DNA of 64,000 bases from Squalus acanthias (lineage: Eukaryota). Position numbers and translations under genes: made by a program. The stretch lies in the NCBI GenBank assembly GCA_030390025.1, contig CM059432.1, positions 144,648,001-144,712,000 on the forward strand, given 5' to 3'. Positions 24,195 through 36,670 of this stretch are shown in pieces. The notes under the pieces were generated by a model. It was not told the DNA's origin. It did not search any database and was given only the letters and a program-made list of their open reading frames with translations. Position 1 is the stretch's first letter. Every line of letters starts with the position of its first letter.

Positions 24195-25610
24195 CTATAT
24201 GACAAGACCGTCTTAAAGGAGGAAAGAGAGGTAGAGAGGTTTAGGGAGGGAATTCCAGAGCTTAGGGCCTAGGCAGCTGAAGGCACGGCCACCAATGGTT
24301 GAGTGATTTTAATCAGGGATGCTCAAGAGGGCAGAATTAGAGGAGTGCAGATATCTCGGGGGGGTTGTGGGGCTGAAGGAGATTACAGAGACAGGGAGGG
24401 GCGAGGCCATAGAGGGATTTGAAAACAAGGATGAGAATTTTGAAATCGAGGCGTTGTTTAACCGGGAGCCAATGCAGGTCAGCAAGCACAGGGGTGATGG
24501 GTGAACGGGACTTGGTGCGAGTTTGGACACGGGCAGCCGAGTTTTAGATGACCTCAAGTTTACGTAGGGTACAACACAGGAGGCTAGCCAGGAGTGCGTT
24601 GGAACAGTCAAGTCTAGAGGTAACAAAGGCATGGATGAGGGTTTCAGCAGCAGATGAGCTGAGGCAGGGGCGGAGATGGGCAATGTTACATAGGTGCAAA
24701 TAGGCGGTCTTAATTATGCCGTGGATATGTGGTCGGTAGCTCATTTCAGGGTCAAATATGACACCAAGGTTGCGAACAGTGTGGTTCAGCCTCAGACAGA
24801 TGTTAGAGAGAGGGATGGAGTCAGTGGCTAGGGAACGGAGTTTGTGGTGGGGACCAAAAACGATGGCTTCGGTCATCCCAATATTTAATTGGAGAAAATT
24901 TCTGCTCATCGGACAAGCAGTCAGAGACTGTGGAGGGGTCGAGAGAAGTGGTGGTGAGGTAGAGCTGGGTGTTGTCAGCGTACATGGAAACTGATGCTGT
25001 GTTTTCGGATGATGTAGCCAAGGGGCAGCATGTAGATGAGAAATAGGAGGGGGCCAAAGATAGATCCTTGGGGGAACACCAGAGGTAACGATGCAGGAGC
25101 AGGAAGAGAAGCCGTTGCAGGTGATTCTCTGGCTACAATTAGATAGATAAAGAATGGAACCAGGCGAGTGCAGTCCCACCCAGCTAGACGATGGTGGAGA
25201 AGCATTGGAGGAGGATGGAGTGCTCAACCGTGTCAAAGGCTGCAGACAAGTCGAGGAGGACCAGGAGGGATAGTTTACCTTTGTCACAGTCACAAAAGAT
25301 GTCATTTGTGACTTTGGTGAGAGCCATTTCAGTACTGTGGCATGGGCGGAAACCTGATTGGAGGGATTCAAACATGGTGTTGCAAGAAAGAAGGGCACAG
25401 ATTTGGGAGGCAACAACATGTTCAAGGACTTTGGAGAAGGGAGGTTGGAGTTGGGGCGTTAGTTTGCAAGGACAGAGGGGTTAAGGGTTGGTTTTTTTTT
25501 TGAGGAGAGGGGTGATGACGGCAGATTTGAGGGAGAGGGGGACAGTTAACAATGTCAGCTAACATGGGAGCCAGAAAAGGAAGTTGGGTGGTCAGCAGTT
25601 TGGTGGAAAT

Positions 25611-26002
25611 CCCTTCATGGCCTTGCCCTCCCTATTTCTGTAATCTCCTTCAGCCCCACAACCACCACCCACCGCCCCCCCCCCACCCCCACCACCACCT
25701 CTGAGATATCTGCGCTCCTCTAATTCTGCCCTCTTGAGCATCCCTGCTTATAATTGCTCAACCGTTGGTGGCCGTGCCTTCTGTTGCCTTGGCCCTAAGC
25801 TCTGGAATTCCCTGCCTAAACCTCTCTTTCCTCCTTTAAGATGCTCCTTAAAACCTACCTCTTTGACCAAGCTTTTGGTCACCTGCCCTAATTTCTCCTT
25901 ATGTGGCTCAGTGTCAAATTTCTTGTCTTATAATACTCCTGTGAAGCGCCTTAGGACGTTTTACTACGTTAAAGGCGCTATATAAATACAAGTTGTTGTT
26001 GT
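25611..26002 (+). mobile_element. L2 3' end inserted in opposite orientation into the host L2
   Basis: GGRAFCCLGPKLWNSLP, (GTT)n tail, TSD TGGAAAT (25604-25610, 26003-26009). Confidence 0.9.
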
Positions 26003-27749
26003 TGGAAATAGGGTTGAGGGAGCAGGAAGTGGGTCTCATGGACAAGATGAGCGCGGAGAGGTCATGAGGGGAGATCGGAGAGAAACTGGAGAAAGATGCG
26101 AGTTCAGGGCTAGGGCAGGGGGGAACCTTAGAGGAAGTTTGGCCCAGTGGGCTAGGGGAAGGAAGAGGAGTGGCAGAGGCAGCTGAACGGATGGTCTCAA
26201 TCTTAGAGACAAAGAAGTCCATGAGCTCCTCACACTTGTTATCGGAGGTGAGGGTGGAGGAGACAGGGGAGAGGGGTTTAAGAAGATAGTTAGCAGTGGA
26301 GAATAGAAGCCGGGGTTTATCTTTGCATTCCAGAATGATTCTGGAATAGTGAGCAATTTTGGCAGATGAGAGCAGGACCTGATAATGCTTTGTGGTGTCC
26401 AGGCAGATCTGGTGGTGAATGGCTAAACCAGTTGTCCGCCATATCCGTTCAAGTCTGCGTCCCTTGGACTTAAGGGAGCGAAGATGAGGGCCGTACCGGA
26501 AGAACAGCCAGGGTGAGAGAGAGTAATTGATTTAATAGGGACTAGGGCATCAAAGGTGGTGGTGAGCGTGTGGTGGAGCAGATCGGTAGCTGCGGAAATG
26601 TCAGTGTGAATGGAGGGCCAAATGCTGGACAGTTGGGATTTCGTAAGTGCAGTTATGAGAGAGTTGGGAGAGAGTTTTTTCCAGGGGCGGACACAGAAGG
26701 ATGTAGGGTTGCGGGGTGGGGTGGGGGGGGGGGGACTGGCGGGGAAGGAGGATGTGGGTGGAGAGCGATATGAGGAAGTGGTCAGAGATGACCTCATCTG
26801 CGATTGACACGATGGGAGTAGCGAGGCCACGAGAGATGGCAAGGTCGAGGTGTGGCCGTGAATATGGCTTGGGGAGTTTACATGGAGGGAGAGATTAAGG
26901 GAGGATAGGAACGTAGTGAACTCAAAGGAGAGAGATCATGATGAATTGAGATGGAGTTTGAAATCACCGAGGATAAGTCGTCGCTCGGTGCAGAGGGAGG
27001 AAAGCAGTGAATATATCTCGGTAATAAAATTGTTATGGTACTTCGGTGGGTGGTAGAGAACGAGAATAAGAGAATAAATGAGAGGTAAGGAGTGGAATAA
27101 GGTGAGATACTCAAAGGAGGAGAACGTACCAGAGGAGTAGGGGGACAGACCAAGGTGTAATTTGGTGATGAGAGCCACACCGCCACCACGGTGGTCTGGG
27201 TGAGACAAGTGGTGGAAGGTATAGCCAGGCGGGGAGGCTTCAATTAAGGGTAAGGTTAACAGGACATTCTTCTTTCTGTTTGGGGATTCAGATTATTTTT
27301 TGTAATGCTCCACCTCTGATATGGGAAAGCCATTGTGCTGTTACTTCTGTATCAATGAAGTTATCATCAATGCAATCACTGCACCCTGATGCCACTTCTC
27401 ACGAATGGAAACAAAGGCAAAGAAGCACCTTACAAGTAAAATACAAAATAGTCAGAAGACGATTTATAGACATGTATGAGGATTCATTGTTATTTTGGGG
27501 CTTGTATGTGAAAGCAAGAACAAACAAACTTGTATTTGCATAGCGCCTTAAACGTCTTCAGGACATCCCAAAGCACTTTACAGCCAATCGAATAACAAAG
27601 GTGAGATTGTTACCACTAAACCAAACTGACACTCGTAGTTTTGTCGCTATAATCAACTTGTTATGTAAATATATAATTCATCCCTAGCTGTTGGTAATGT
27701 TAGAAATAACTTGTTTCTGTTTATAGTTTATATGTCAAATATAATTAAA

Positions 27750-28580
27750 GAAAGAAAGACTGGGGGTGTTTGTGCACAAATCTTTGAAAGTGGCAGGACA
27801 GGTTAACAAAGCAGTTAATAAAGCACGTGGGATCCTGGGCTTTATAAATCTCCTCACTTCACCCGACGAAGGAGTTGTAACTCCGAAAGCTTGTGATTTA
27901 AAATAAAACTGTTGGACTATAACCTGGTGTTGTGCGACCTCTCAATTTTGTCCACCCCAGTCCAACACCGGCATCTCCGCTTTATAAATCGAGGCATAGA
28001 GTACAAAAGTCAGGAAGTTATGCTAAACCTTCATAAAACACTAGTTTGGCCCCAGCTGGAGTATTGTGTCCAATTCTGGGCACTACAGTTTAGGAAGGAC
28101 ATGAAGGCTTTAGAGAGGGTACAGAAGAGATTTACTAGAATGGTTCCAGGGATGAGGGATTATAATTATGTGGATAGACTGGAGAAGCTGGGGTTGTTCT
28201 CCTTAGAGCAGAGGAGATTTGATAGAGGTGTTTACAATCATGAAGGGTTTAGATAGAGTAAATAAAGAGAAATTTTCCAATGGCTGAAGGGTCGATAACA
28301 AGAGAGCACAGATTTAAAGTGATTGGCAAAGAACCAGAGGCGACATTAGGAAAAACTTTTTTATGCAATGAGTGGTTAGGATTTGGAATGCACTACCTGA
28401 TAGGGTGGTAGAAACAGATTCAATAGTAGCTTTCAAAAGGGAATTGAATAAATACTTGGAGAAAAAATTGCAGGGAGATGGGGAAAGGGGGGGGGGAGGT
28501 AGTGGGAAGGGGGACTAACTGGATTGCCCTTCAAAAGAGCCGGCGCAGACTCGATGGGCCAAATGGTCTATGATTCAATG
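27750..28580 (+). mobile_element. CR1 3' fragment
   Basis: FINRGIEYKSQEVMLNLHKTLVWPQLEYCVQFW...LEKLGLFSLEQRR; tail CTATGATTC. Confidence 0.9.
27851..27978 (+). mobile_element. Short Penelope-type unit with hammerhead-like motif, inserted in CR1
   Basis: Flanked by the duplication GCTTTATAAATC (27839-27850, 27979-27990); motif TCAC-CCGACGA-A-GGAGT(TGTA)ACTCC-GAAA-GCTT-GTGA at 27859-27896. Confidence 0.85.
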
Positions 28581-28791
28581 ACTTGCCAGAAAATTGTATT
28601 CATTTATCAGGAATTCAGCTGAAAATATTTGAAGGTATCTTATTTAGAAGTACTAGTCTATGATTCTATGACTAGTGGAGTACTTTCATACAAACTACTC
28701 TTCACATGGATACATTAAAAAAAGTTAGCCCATCTGCTAATAGGTTCACTCCAGTAAGATACTTGCCCTCTCATGGAGCCTCACTATTTCA

Positions 28792-29198
28792 GTGTCAGCT
28801 CACCTTAGTGGTAGTACCAGGACTTGAACACATCATGTAGGTTGACACGTCAGTGCAACACAGAGAGGATCCTGTATTGTCAAAGGTGCCATCTTTTGAA
28901 TGAGACGGTAACCTGAGGCCTGGTCAGCATTCACGTGGCACTATTTTTAAGAAAAGCAGGGAGTTCTCCCCCGTGTCCTGGCCAATATTTATCCCTCAAC
29001 CAACATCACCAAAACAGATTAACTAGTCATTTATCACATTGCTGTTTGTGGGACCTTGCTGCGTGCAAATTGACTGCTGTGTTTCCTACATTACAACAGT
29101 GACTATAATTCCAAAGTAATTCATTGGCAGCGAAATACTACGGGACCTCCTGAGGGTGTGGTAGGCGCTATACAAACTTAAGGTCTTTTTTTCTTCTT
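28792..29198 (+). mobile_element. SacSINE1/DeuSINE-like SINE, older copy
   Basis: TGTCAGC head, GTGTCCTGGCCAATATTTATCCCTCAAC core, Deu domain and tail. Confidence 0.85.
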
Positions 29199-30502
29199 TA
29201 CACCTTTATATTTAAACAGTGCTAATTTTTCTTACTTGGGCACCATCGCTACACTGGTCCAAAGTGCCAACTCCCATCTGAACGTCATTATGCAACAAAG
29301 ATCACTGGAGCAATCCTGGACACAAAGAGAGACACAAAACAACAGGGCTTTGGGAGACACTAAAACAAAGCTAACATGTATCAGTAGGTGAGTACTTTAC
29401 ACCTTCTGTAATACCCCAGAGTTTCTCTTTTTGAGTTTTAAAGTTACATACTGAAGTATAAATAGAGTAACAATGTGTAGAGAATAAAAATATATTTACA
29501 AAGTAATAACAAGTCAAATGTCAGCTTACCAGTCACGCGATTACTATCTTGCATTTCCTTATGTTATAAACACTTGCATTTTGCACTTAGACAGTGCACA
29601 TATAACTCTATCTGAAGATTGAAGCCAAGAGGAACAGGTTTGTTCAAGTCAATGGAATGAAATCAAAACTTATAAACATGATGAAAAAATAACCATGTAT
29701 GCCTGAATTATTAAACACAATGGAGCCCACTTAAGACCAAATCTGATCAGAGCTTTTGTAAACCACATTCAAAAATAATTTAAATCATTACAATTCTTCC
29801 ACAATCATTCTATCATGTTCTATTCCGTGTACTAGAAGAGGTTGACTGATTCTTCTTTGAAAGTAACTTAAAAAGCCCATTATAGGGAGGTACCTTTACT
29901 TAGGTTCTCTATTAGTGCAAGGCATAAACAATAAAGTGTATATATAAAATGGTGCATTTCCTTCTGTATTGTGATATTCATTAACATATTATTGCAGAAA
30001 GAAATCAGGATCAAGAATCTTTTTACTGTTAAAATATTTGAAAAGGTCCTTCAGCTTGCAAAGGGTCTTCCGGTTTTTAAGATGTCTAAACTCGTGCATT
30101 TACACAGCTGTATCCAGAAAATCAAATCTCAGCGACAGTTTATGCTCATCCTGGCAAAATACAGTTGATGTGATTCTTATTCCACTAGGAAATCTCAACG
30201 TTAGGTATGTTTAGCACGTTACCCATACATCATTGTTGTGGTGTTGGATGTCACGCGAAGCTCTCAATTCTTGTAAGTGCCTTCCAATTCAGTCATATGC
30301 CAGCTAGGATATAAACACTCCAACTAATGCCTGGTAGAACTCGGCAAGGAAAGGCAGGTTTATGTGTCAACCCTGAAACTCATCTCAACTCCAGCCATGA
30401 GGGCACACACTACAACACAACCAAAAATAATGTAAAGGGACCACACACTAAAACATGTACAGAACAGTGTAAGGAAATCTTATGCTGAAAGGCAATTGCG
30501 CC

Positions 30503-30915
30503 GCTCCGCGCTCCTGCCGAGATTGCACCAGTCCGCGCTCCTGCCGAGATTGCACCAGTCCGCGCTCTGCGCTCCTGCCGAGATTGCACCAGTCCGCGCT
30601 CCCGCCGAGATTGCACCAGTCCGCGCTCCCGCCGAGATTGCACCAGTCCGCGCTCCCGCCGAGATTGCACCAGTCCGCGCTCCCGCCGAGATTGCACCAG
30701 TCCGCGCTCCCGCCGAGATTGCACCAGTCCGCGCTCCCGCCGAGATTGCACCAGTCCGCGCTCTGCGCTCCTGCCGAGATTGCACCAGCCCGCGCTCCTG
30801 CCGAGATTGCACCAGTCCGCGCTCCTGCTGAGATTGCACCACTCCTTGCTCCTCGCTCCTGCCAAGTGCACCACTCTGCGCTCCGGCCGAGATTGCACCA
30901 GTCCGTGCTCCACGC
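30503..30915. repeat. GC-rich minisatellite, 27-bp unit GCGCTCC(C/T)GCCGAGATTGCACCAGTCC
   Basis: Directly visible tandem array with occasional 7-bp GCGCTCT insertions; degenerates toward 30915. Confidence 0.97.
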
Positions 30916-31089
30916 TCCTGCTGATTGTACTAGAACAAGCTCCTGCTGTAAACTCCTGCCCACCAGGGTGCCAATATTGGGGTTTAGGGCATTGGATTCC
31001 CCATAACTAAAATAAATGGGTGGGAAAAACTAGGGAGAGCTGATGTGCAGGAATGCTATTTCATAAATTTGGCCTTTCCAAGTCAACAG

Positions 31090-31202
31090 TGGGGGAGCAG
31101 GCAGGAAAGTGGAGTTGAGGCCAAGACCAGATCAGCCATGATCTTATCAAATGGCGGAGCAGGCTCGAGGGGCCAAATGGCCTAATCCTGCCCCTATTTC
31201 TT
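31090..31202 (+). mobile_element. CR1 3' UTR fragment
   Basis: GATCAGCCATGATCTT...GGCGGAGCAGGCTCGAGGGGCC. Confidence 0.85.
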
Positions 31203-31205
31203 ATT

Positions 31206-31962
31206 GGCCCAAAAATTCGGCTGTTCCTGGGTGAGTACACAGTCCGTACTCACCTGTATTCATTCCCGAAGTGCCGGTTTCCTGCATGCACTGCGCATGC
31301 GCGGGAAACCGGAACTTCCGGTATGGTGAAGGGGGCGGTTCCTAGGTGAACCGCGTGCGCGGTAGAGGCTGCGCACACGCAGCACACTTAGATTTTTTTC
31401 AGGTTTCAACGCGAGGGTAAGTATTGAAGATTCTATGCTAATAAAAAGGAGGCGTAAGACCCCTTTTGAACAAGGTAAGTAGTTAATTAAGTATAATTTT
31501 AAATTTTTTTCAACAGGTTTATCTTTTTTAGATACTTTAAAGAAAGGTAAGTTTATTTTTATAACTTTTAAAAAGTATTTTAATTTTTTCAAAAATTTTA
31601 ATTTTTGTTTAAAGTGGTTAATTTATTTAACTATAGTTATTTTATAAATGTGATGGTTTTTAAAAAAAAATTATTTGAAGTTTAGCTGTTCATTTGGGGC
31701 CGATTTCAATTCACAGATTTGACAGGTCAAATCTATGAATGAAAGATGGTCTGCTACCATTGGCTCTCCATGGCCCACGTGATCCCAGGGGTCGCATCGC
31801 ACTGACTGCGCCCCTGGAACACGCAAGCACTGCGCGCCGGCACTAGGGAGAGGCCCAGGACCCGAAGTTCCCGTGGGCCCAAAACACAACGGCAGGCGCG
31901 GTGGGTCAGAGCGCGCGCGATCCTTACCCCCGCGGCAAGCCGGCCACGTGAATTTCTAGGCC
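31206..31962. mobile_element. Non-autonomous DNA transposon (MITE family B), probably PIF/Harbinger
   Basis: TIRs GGCCCAAAAATTC / GAATTTCTAGGCC; 3-bp TSD ATT; related copy at 44132-44880. Confidence 0.88.
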
Positions 31963-33414
31963 ATTATGTGAAGGATCAGGTTATATTCAACCAGATAACC
32001 AAGGAATATAGGGGAGGAAATCTGCATTTAAATCAATCTTAAGAAGGTATATGTGGTGCATTAGAATGCGTTCAATACTCTGCTGGGGGGGGGCTTTTGT
32101 TTTGACAAGCTTTGAATTCCAGGACTTTAATTTGTACGTGCAAGTGTTATGCATCATATAATATACAGTGACTCTTAAAGTTGTAAATTAGAATTTAAAT
32201 ACAAGCCTACTATTTAGGCAGCTCAGTTTTACTATATACATTTGAAGGTTACCGTAACTAAATACCTGCAAAGCTGCTCAATTTGTTTTTACTGGCACAC
32301 TTTAATGGATTCCTAATTTTTTTTCAGTACCTGTAAGACTACCAACTTTCTACTGAACCTGGTAATCCTTTGAGCTCCAAACATCAGCTCCGTGCTTTGA
32401 TCTCAAGACAGTAAATTTGAGAGCTGATTAAGTGCCTTTTGAATTGCACAGTACAACACAGCTGCTTATTGTTACAATGACGACAGTATATCATTAAAAT
32501 AGAAATTCAATTAATACTCAAAAAGAGTGCTGTTTAATAAAACTGTGTTTGTTCTTTGAAGTCATGGCAATTTTAGCCATCATAATATTTTGCAATAATG
32601 CTGCATTCTTTCACTGCAATAACGTCTAACTGTTAAACATTAACAACTATGCTCATCATCAATCCACAGAGAGGTAGTGCATTTTTTTTTTACAACTATT
32701 TTGACATATTGTACGAATAACTTTGACAGACAATCCAGGATTACATATTTGAACTGTATGACACAGACACCAGTATAAATTTCAGTAAGAGAGGGTTTCA
32801 CTGGCATGTTTTCATATCCAATTCTGTACAGTAGGTTTTTTGTGTTGTAGTCTCGTCAGTAGGGATTACACCAAGACTGCCACAAATTCACTTCACCAGA
32901 AAGGTAGCGAGGCTTTGCAGATCAACCACAAGCAAGGATTTTGGTGGACCACTGCAGCGTGACTGATCTTAGTGACAGACCAAATTAGAAAGAAGACTCC
33001 TGTGACTGTAAGGGCAGGTGAGATCATCGTTTCCAGCATTCCAGATCTGCCGATTACCAAATGTGCTATTTGGAGGCTGACGACATCAAAATGAGATCAC
33101 CAGCTGGCTTTAGGGCAACAAAATAGAGAGGGCTCGGAAGATCTCCTCTCAGGTCAAACGTGGGGTGGTACACCAGTCGGGAAATGGATCAGGACTTGGT
33201 CCCATGCTCTTAGCACTGGTTTCTGGGGATGCCCAACTTTCCGGGAGGAGAGTAATTTTGCAGCTGGACACAGCTCCTGTCTGAGGCAGGCGGGGAGCCA
33301 CGATAAGCTAAAAGGCAGGAGGGAAGGGCAACACGCCATTTTCTGACCCTCCTACGTGCTGGATGCCAAGTACCCAGCATGTCAATGGAACACTGGCAGA
33401 AAAGGAGACCTCTG

Positions 33415-33595
33415 GCAGTGAAGTGTAGTCACTATTGTAATGTAGGAAACGCAGCCAATTTGCACACAGCAAGATCCCACAACCAGGAATGAGATCGTGA
33501 CCAGTTAATCTATTTTAGTGATATCGGTTAAGAGATAAATATTGGCCAGGACTCCCCTGTGCTTCTTCGAATCATGCCATCAGATCTTTTACATC
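33415..33595 (-). mobile_element. DeuSINE-like fragment
   Basis: GTAGGAAACGCAGCCAATTTGCACACAGCAAGATCCCAC...GATAAATATTGGCCAGGAC. Confidence 0.82.
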
Positions 33596-33699
33596 TTTTC
33601 AAATTCAACGTATGCATAATTTTCCACTCCAAGCAGTGGTATCCTCCCCACACCCACCTGAGTTTACACATGTTGTCCGTATCTTATCCCACACCAATT

Positions 33700-33960
33700 C
33701 CCACTCACCCACCACCCTTGTCCTTCCTGACCTACATTGGCTCCTAGTCCCTCAAATTTAACATTCTCATCCTCATGCTTAAATCCCTCCCTGGCCTCAC
33801 CCCTCCCCCTATCTCTGTAATCTCCTCCAGCCCTACAATTACCTTCCTAAACTTCGGCGCCTCTGTCTCCTCATTAAAGGCCCTCCTTAAAACCTACCTC
33901 CTTGACAAAGCTTTTATTCACTCCTCCTAATATTTCCTTCTTTGTCTTGGGGTCCATTTT
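33700..33960 (+). mobile_element. L2 3' fragment
   Basis: CCTACATTGGCTCC (LHWL), AAATCCCTCCCTGGCCTC, CCTTAAAACCTACCTC. Confidence 0.75.
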
Positions 33961-34046
33961 TTATGCCTCAGTTAAGTTGGTTGAATCCCTTAGATCCTCA
34001 GATGTTTTGGTATTGGTACCAGTTGGTGTCACAGAAAGAGAAGGAG

Positions 34047-36027
34047 TGCAAAGGTATATTCCAGTGAAAAAGAAAGGCTCTATGAGAAGGATGCACCATC
34101 CATGGCTAACTAAGGAAGTTAAGGATGGTATCAAATTGAAAGAAAAGACATACAATGTTGTGAAGATTAGTGGTAGGCCAGAGGATTGGGAAATTTTTAG
34201 AAACCAGCAAAGGATGAATTAAAAAATTATAAAGAGGGAGAAGATAGAGTATGAGAGTAAACTGGCAAATAATATAAAAACAGACAGTAAGAGCTTCTAC
34301 AGGTATATAAAAAGGAAGAGAGTAGCTAAAGTAAACATTGGTCCCTTAGAGGATGAGACTGGGGAATTAATAATGGGAAATAGAGAAATGGCAGAGACGC
34401 TAAACAATTATTTTGGATCGGTCTTCATGGTAGAAGGCACTTAAAACATCCCAATAATAACAGATAATCAAGGGGCTATAGGGAGGGAGGAACTTAAAAC
34501 CATCTCTATCACTAGAGAAAAAGTACTGGGTAAACTAATGGGACTAAAGGCCATCAAGTCCCCTGGACCTGATGGCCTGCATCCTAGGATCTTAAAAGAA
34601 GTGACTGCAGAGATAGTGTTGGTTGGTTGTAATCTACCAAAATTTCCTGGATTCTGGAAAGGTCCCAGCGGATTGGAAAACGCCACTATTCAAGAAAGGA
34701 GGGAGACAGAAAGCAGGAAATTATAGGTCAGTTAGCCTAACATCTGTCATTGGGAAAATGCTGGAATCCATTATTAAAGAGGTAATAGCAGGACATTTAG
34801 AAAATCATAAGACAATCAAGCAGAGTCAACATGGTTTTATGATTTGCTAGAGTTCTTTGAGGATGTAACAAACAGGGTGGATAAAGGGGAACCAGTAGCT
34901 ATATTGTGTATTTGGATTTCCAGAAGGCATTCGATAAGGTGCCACATAACTGCACAAGATAAGAACGCACGGGGTTGGGGGAAAAAATTGGCATGGATAG
35001 GGATTGGCTAACTAACAGAAAACAGAGAGTTAGGATAAATGGGTCATTTTCTGGTTGGCAATCAGTAATTAGTGGGGTGCCACAGGGATCAGTGCTGGGG
35101 CCTCAACTATTTACAATCTATATTAATGACTTGGATGAAGGGACCGAGTGTACTGTAGCCAAATTTGCTGATGACACAAAGATAGGTGGGTTAGCAAGTT
35201 GTGAGGAGGACACAAAGAGTCTGCAAAGGGATATAGATAGGCTAAGTGAGTGGGCAAAAATTTGGCAGATGGAGTATAATGTGGGAAAATGTGAGGTTAT
35301 CCACTTTGGAAGGAAGAATGAAAAAGCAACTATTATTTAAATGGAGTGAGACTACAAAATGCTGCGGTACAAAGGGATCTGGGGGTCCTAGTACATGAAA
35401 CACAAAAAGTTAGCATGCAGGTACAGCAAGTAATTAGGAAGGCTAATGGAATGTTGGCCTTTATTGCAAGGGGTATGGTGAGACCGCACCTGGAGTACTG
35501 CGTACAGTTTTGGTCTCCATATTTAAGGCAGGATATACTTGCATTGGAGGCAGTGCAGAGAAGGTTCACTAGGTTGATTCCTGGGATGAAGGGGTTGACG
35601 TATGACGAAAGGTTGAGCAGGTTGGGCCTATACTCGTTGGAGTTTAGAAGAATGAGAGGTGATCTTATTGAAACATATAAGATTCTGAGGGGGATTGACA
35701 GAGAGGATGTTTCCCCTAGTGGGGTACCTAGAACTAGGGGGCATAGTTTCAGAATAAGGGGTTGCCCATTTAAGACGGAGATGAGGAGGAAATTCTTCTC
35801 TCAGAGGGTCATGAATCTTTGGAATTCTCTACCCGAGAGCGCTGTGGAGGCGGAGTCATTGAATATATTCAAGGCGGAGATTGACAGATATTTGAACTAC
35901 AAGGGAGTCAAGGGGTATGGGGAGAGATCGGGAAAGTGGTGTTGAGGCCAAGATTGGATCAGCCATGATGTTATTGAATGGCTGAGCAGGCTCGAGGGGC
36001 CGATTGGCCTACTCCTGCTTCTTATGT
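34047..36027 (+). mobile_element. CR1 LINE, ~2 kb ORF2 3' portion with frameshifts
   Basis: HPWLTKEVK, KSPGPDGLHPRILKE, NYRSVSLTSV, SGVPQGSVLGPQLFTIYINDL, KFADDTK, CR1 3' UTR. Confidence 0.95.
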
Positions 36028-36509
36028 TTAATGGAGCTGGCCATGTGCTGGGAAAAGGATTTGATGACTGAAAACACAGCAGGAGAAGACCCTTCGAGAA
36101 GTCCCTCAAAGACCCTTGACATGCCCATCCTTTGCTTATATCAGAAGTACACTGGTGCCACTGGACTGGTGCTGAGGGGTGTGTCACAGCTAATTAGGGC
36201 TCATGTTGGAGCCAAGATGACTGCTTCAGTCGGTGCCTAAAGGTCACAGGTGAGCACTAGAAGTGCCATTGTCTGACATTGGACGAGAGATCAAATCTCA
36301 GATTGTGACAAATGCTGGAGGAGGTTATGGGTGACCTAAAGCCTTCTCTTTGGCCATGGGAGTCAACAGTGGAACCCAGCTGGACTGGTCAGTTTTCGGG
36401 GAACGATCATGTCAATGTTCCATTGCCACATTCAATTTCCTGCCTGACTTGGAGTGTTCCTGTGCCAAGCTGGACCTCAAAGGTTTTTCTGGGCTGACAA
36501 GAAACAAAC

Positions 36510-36670
36510 TTTGAGTTTCTTCAACAACTGAGACAGTTGTGTCAAGCTCTTGCGCCCAAGTCCGGGACAGGTTTCATGCACTGCAATGTCCTACAACAAT
36601 GACAAACGGCAGAGACAGGTGTCATGAGCATCCGATGCTGGGAAGGGTCCATGGCAAATTTAAAAACAGG
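36510..36670 (-). pseudogene. Possible DIRS-type gag N-terminal Cys/His remnant
   Basis: Translates ICHGPFPASDAHDTCLCRLSLL*DIAVHETCPGLGRKSL, resembling the recalled C..PxSDxHxxCxxCL motif of vertebrate DIRS ORF1. Confidence 0.35.

Larger units (their letters stand above)
23585..27262 (-). mobile_element. Long L2 LINE (endonuclease to 3' tail), disrupted, hosting two nested insertions
   Basis: APE motifs RGGGVA, YHPP, LILGDF, SDHFLI; RT motifs [30 protein letters not shown]; (GTT)n tail at ~23585. Confidence 0.93.

Noticed and set aside
30410..31010. Repetitive ORFs on both strands
   Set aside because: Translation of the 27-bp minisatellite.
32331..32402. Minus-strand DQSTELMF peptide resembling the human BBS9 penultimate exon (DSTELF)
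   Set aside because: Four-residue match, upstream in-frame stop, poor acceptor; likely chance.
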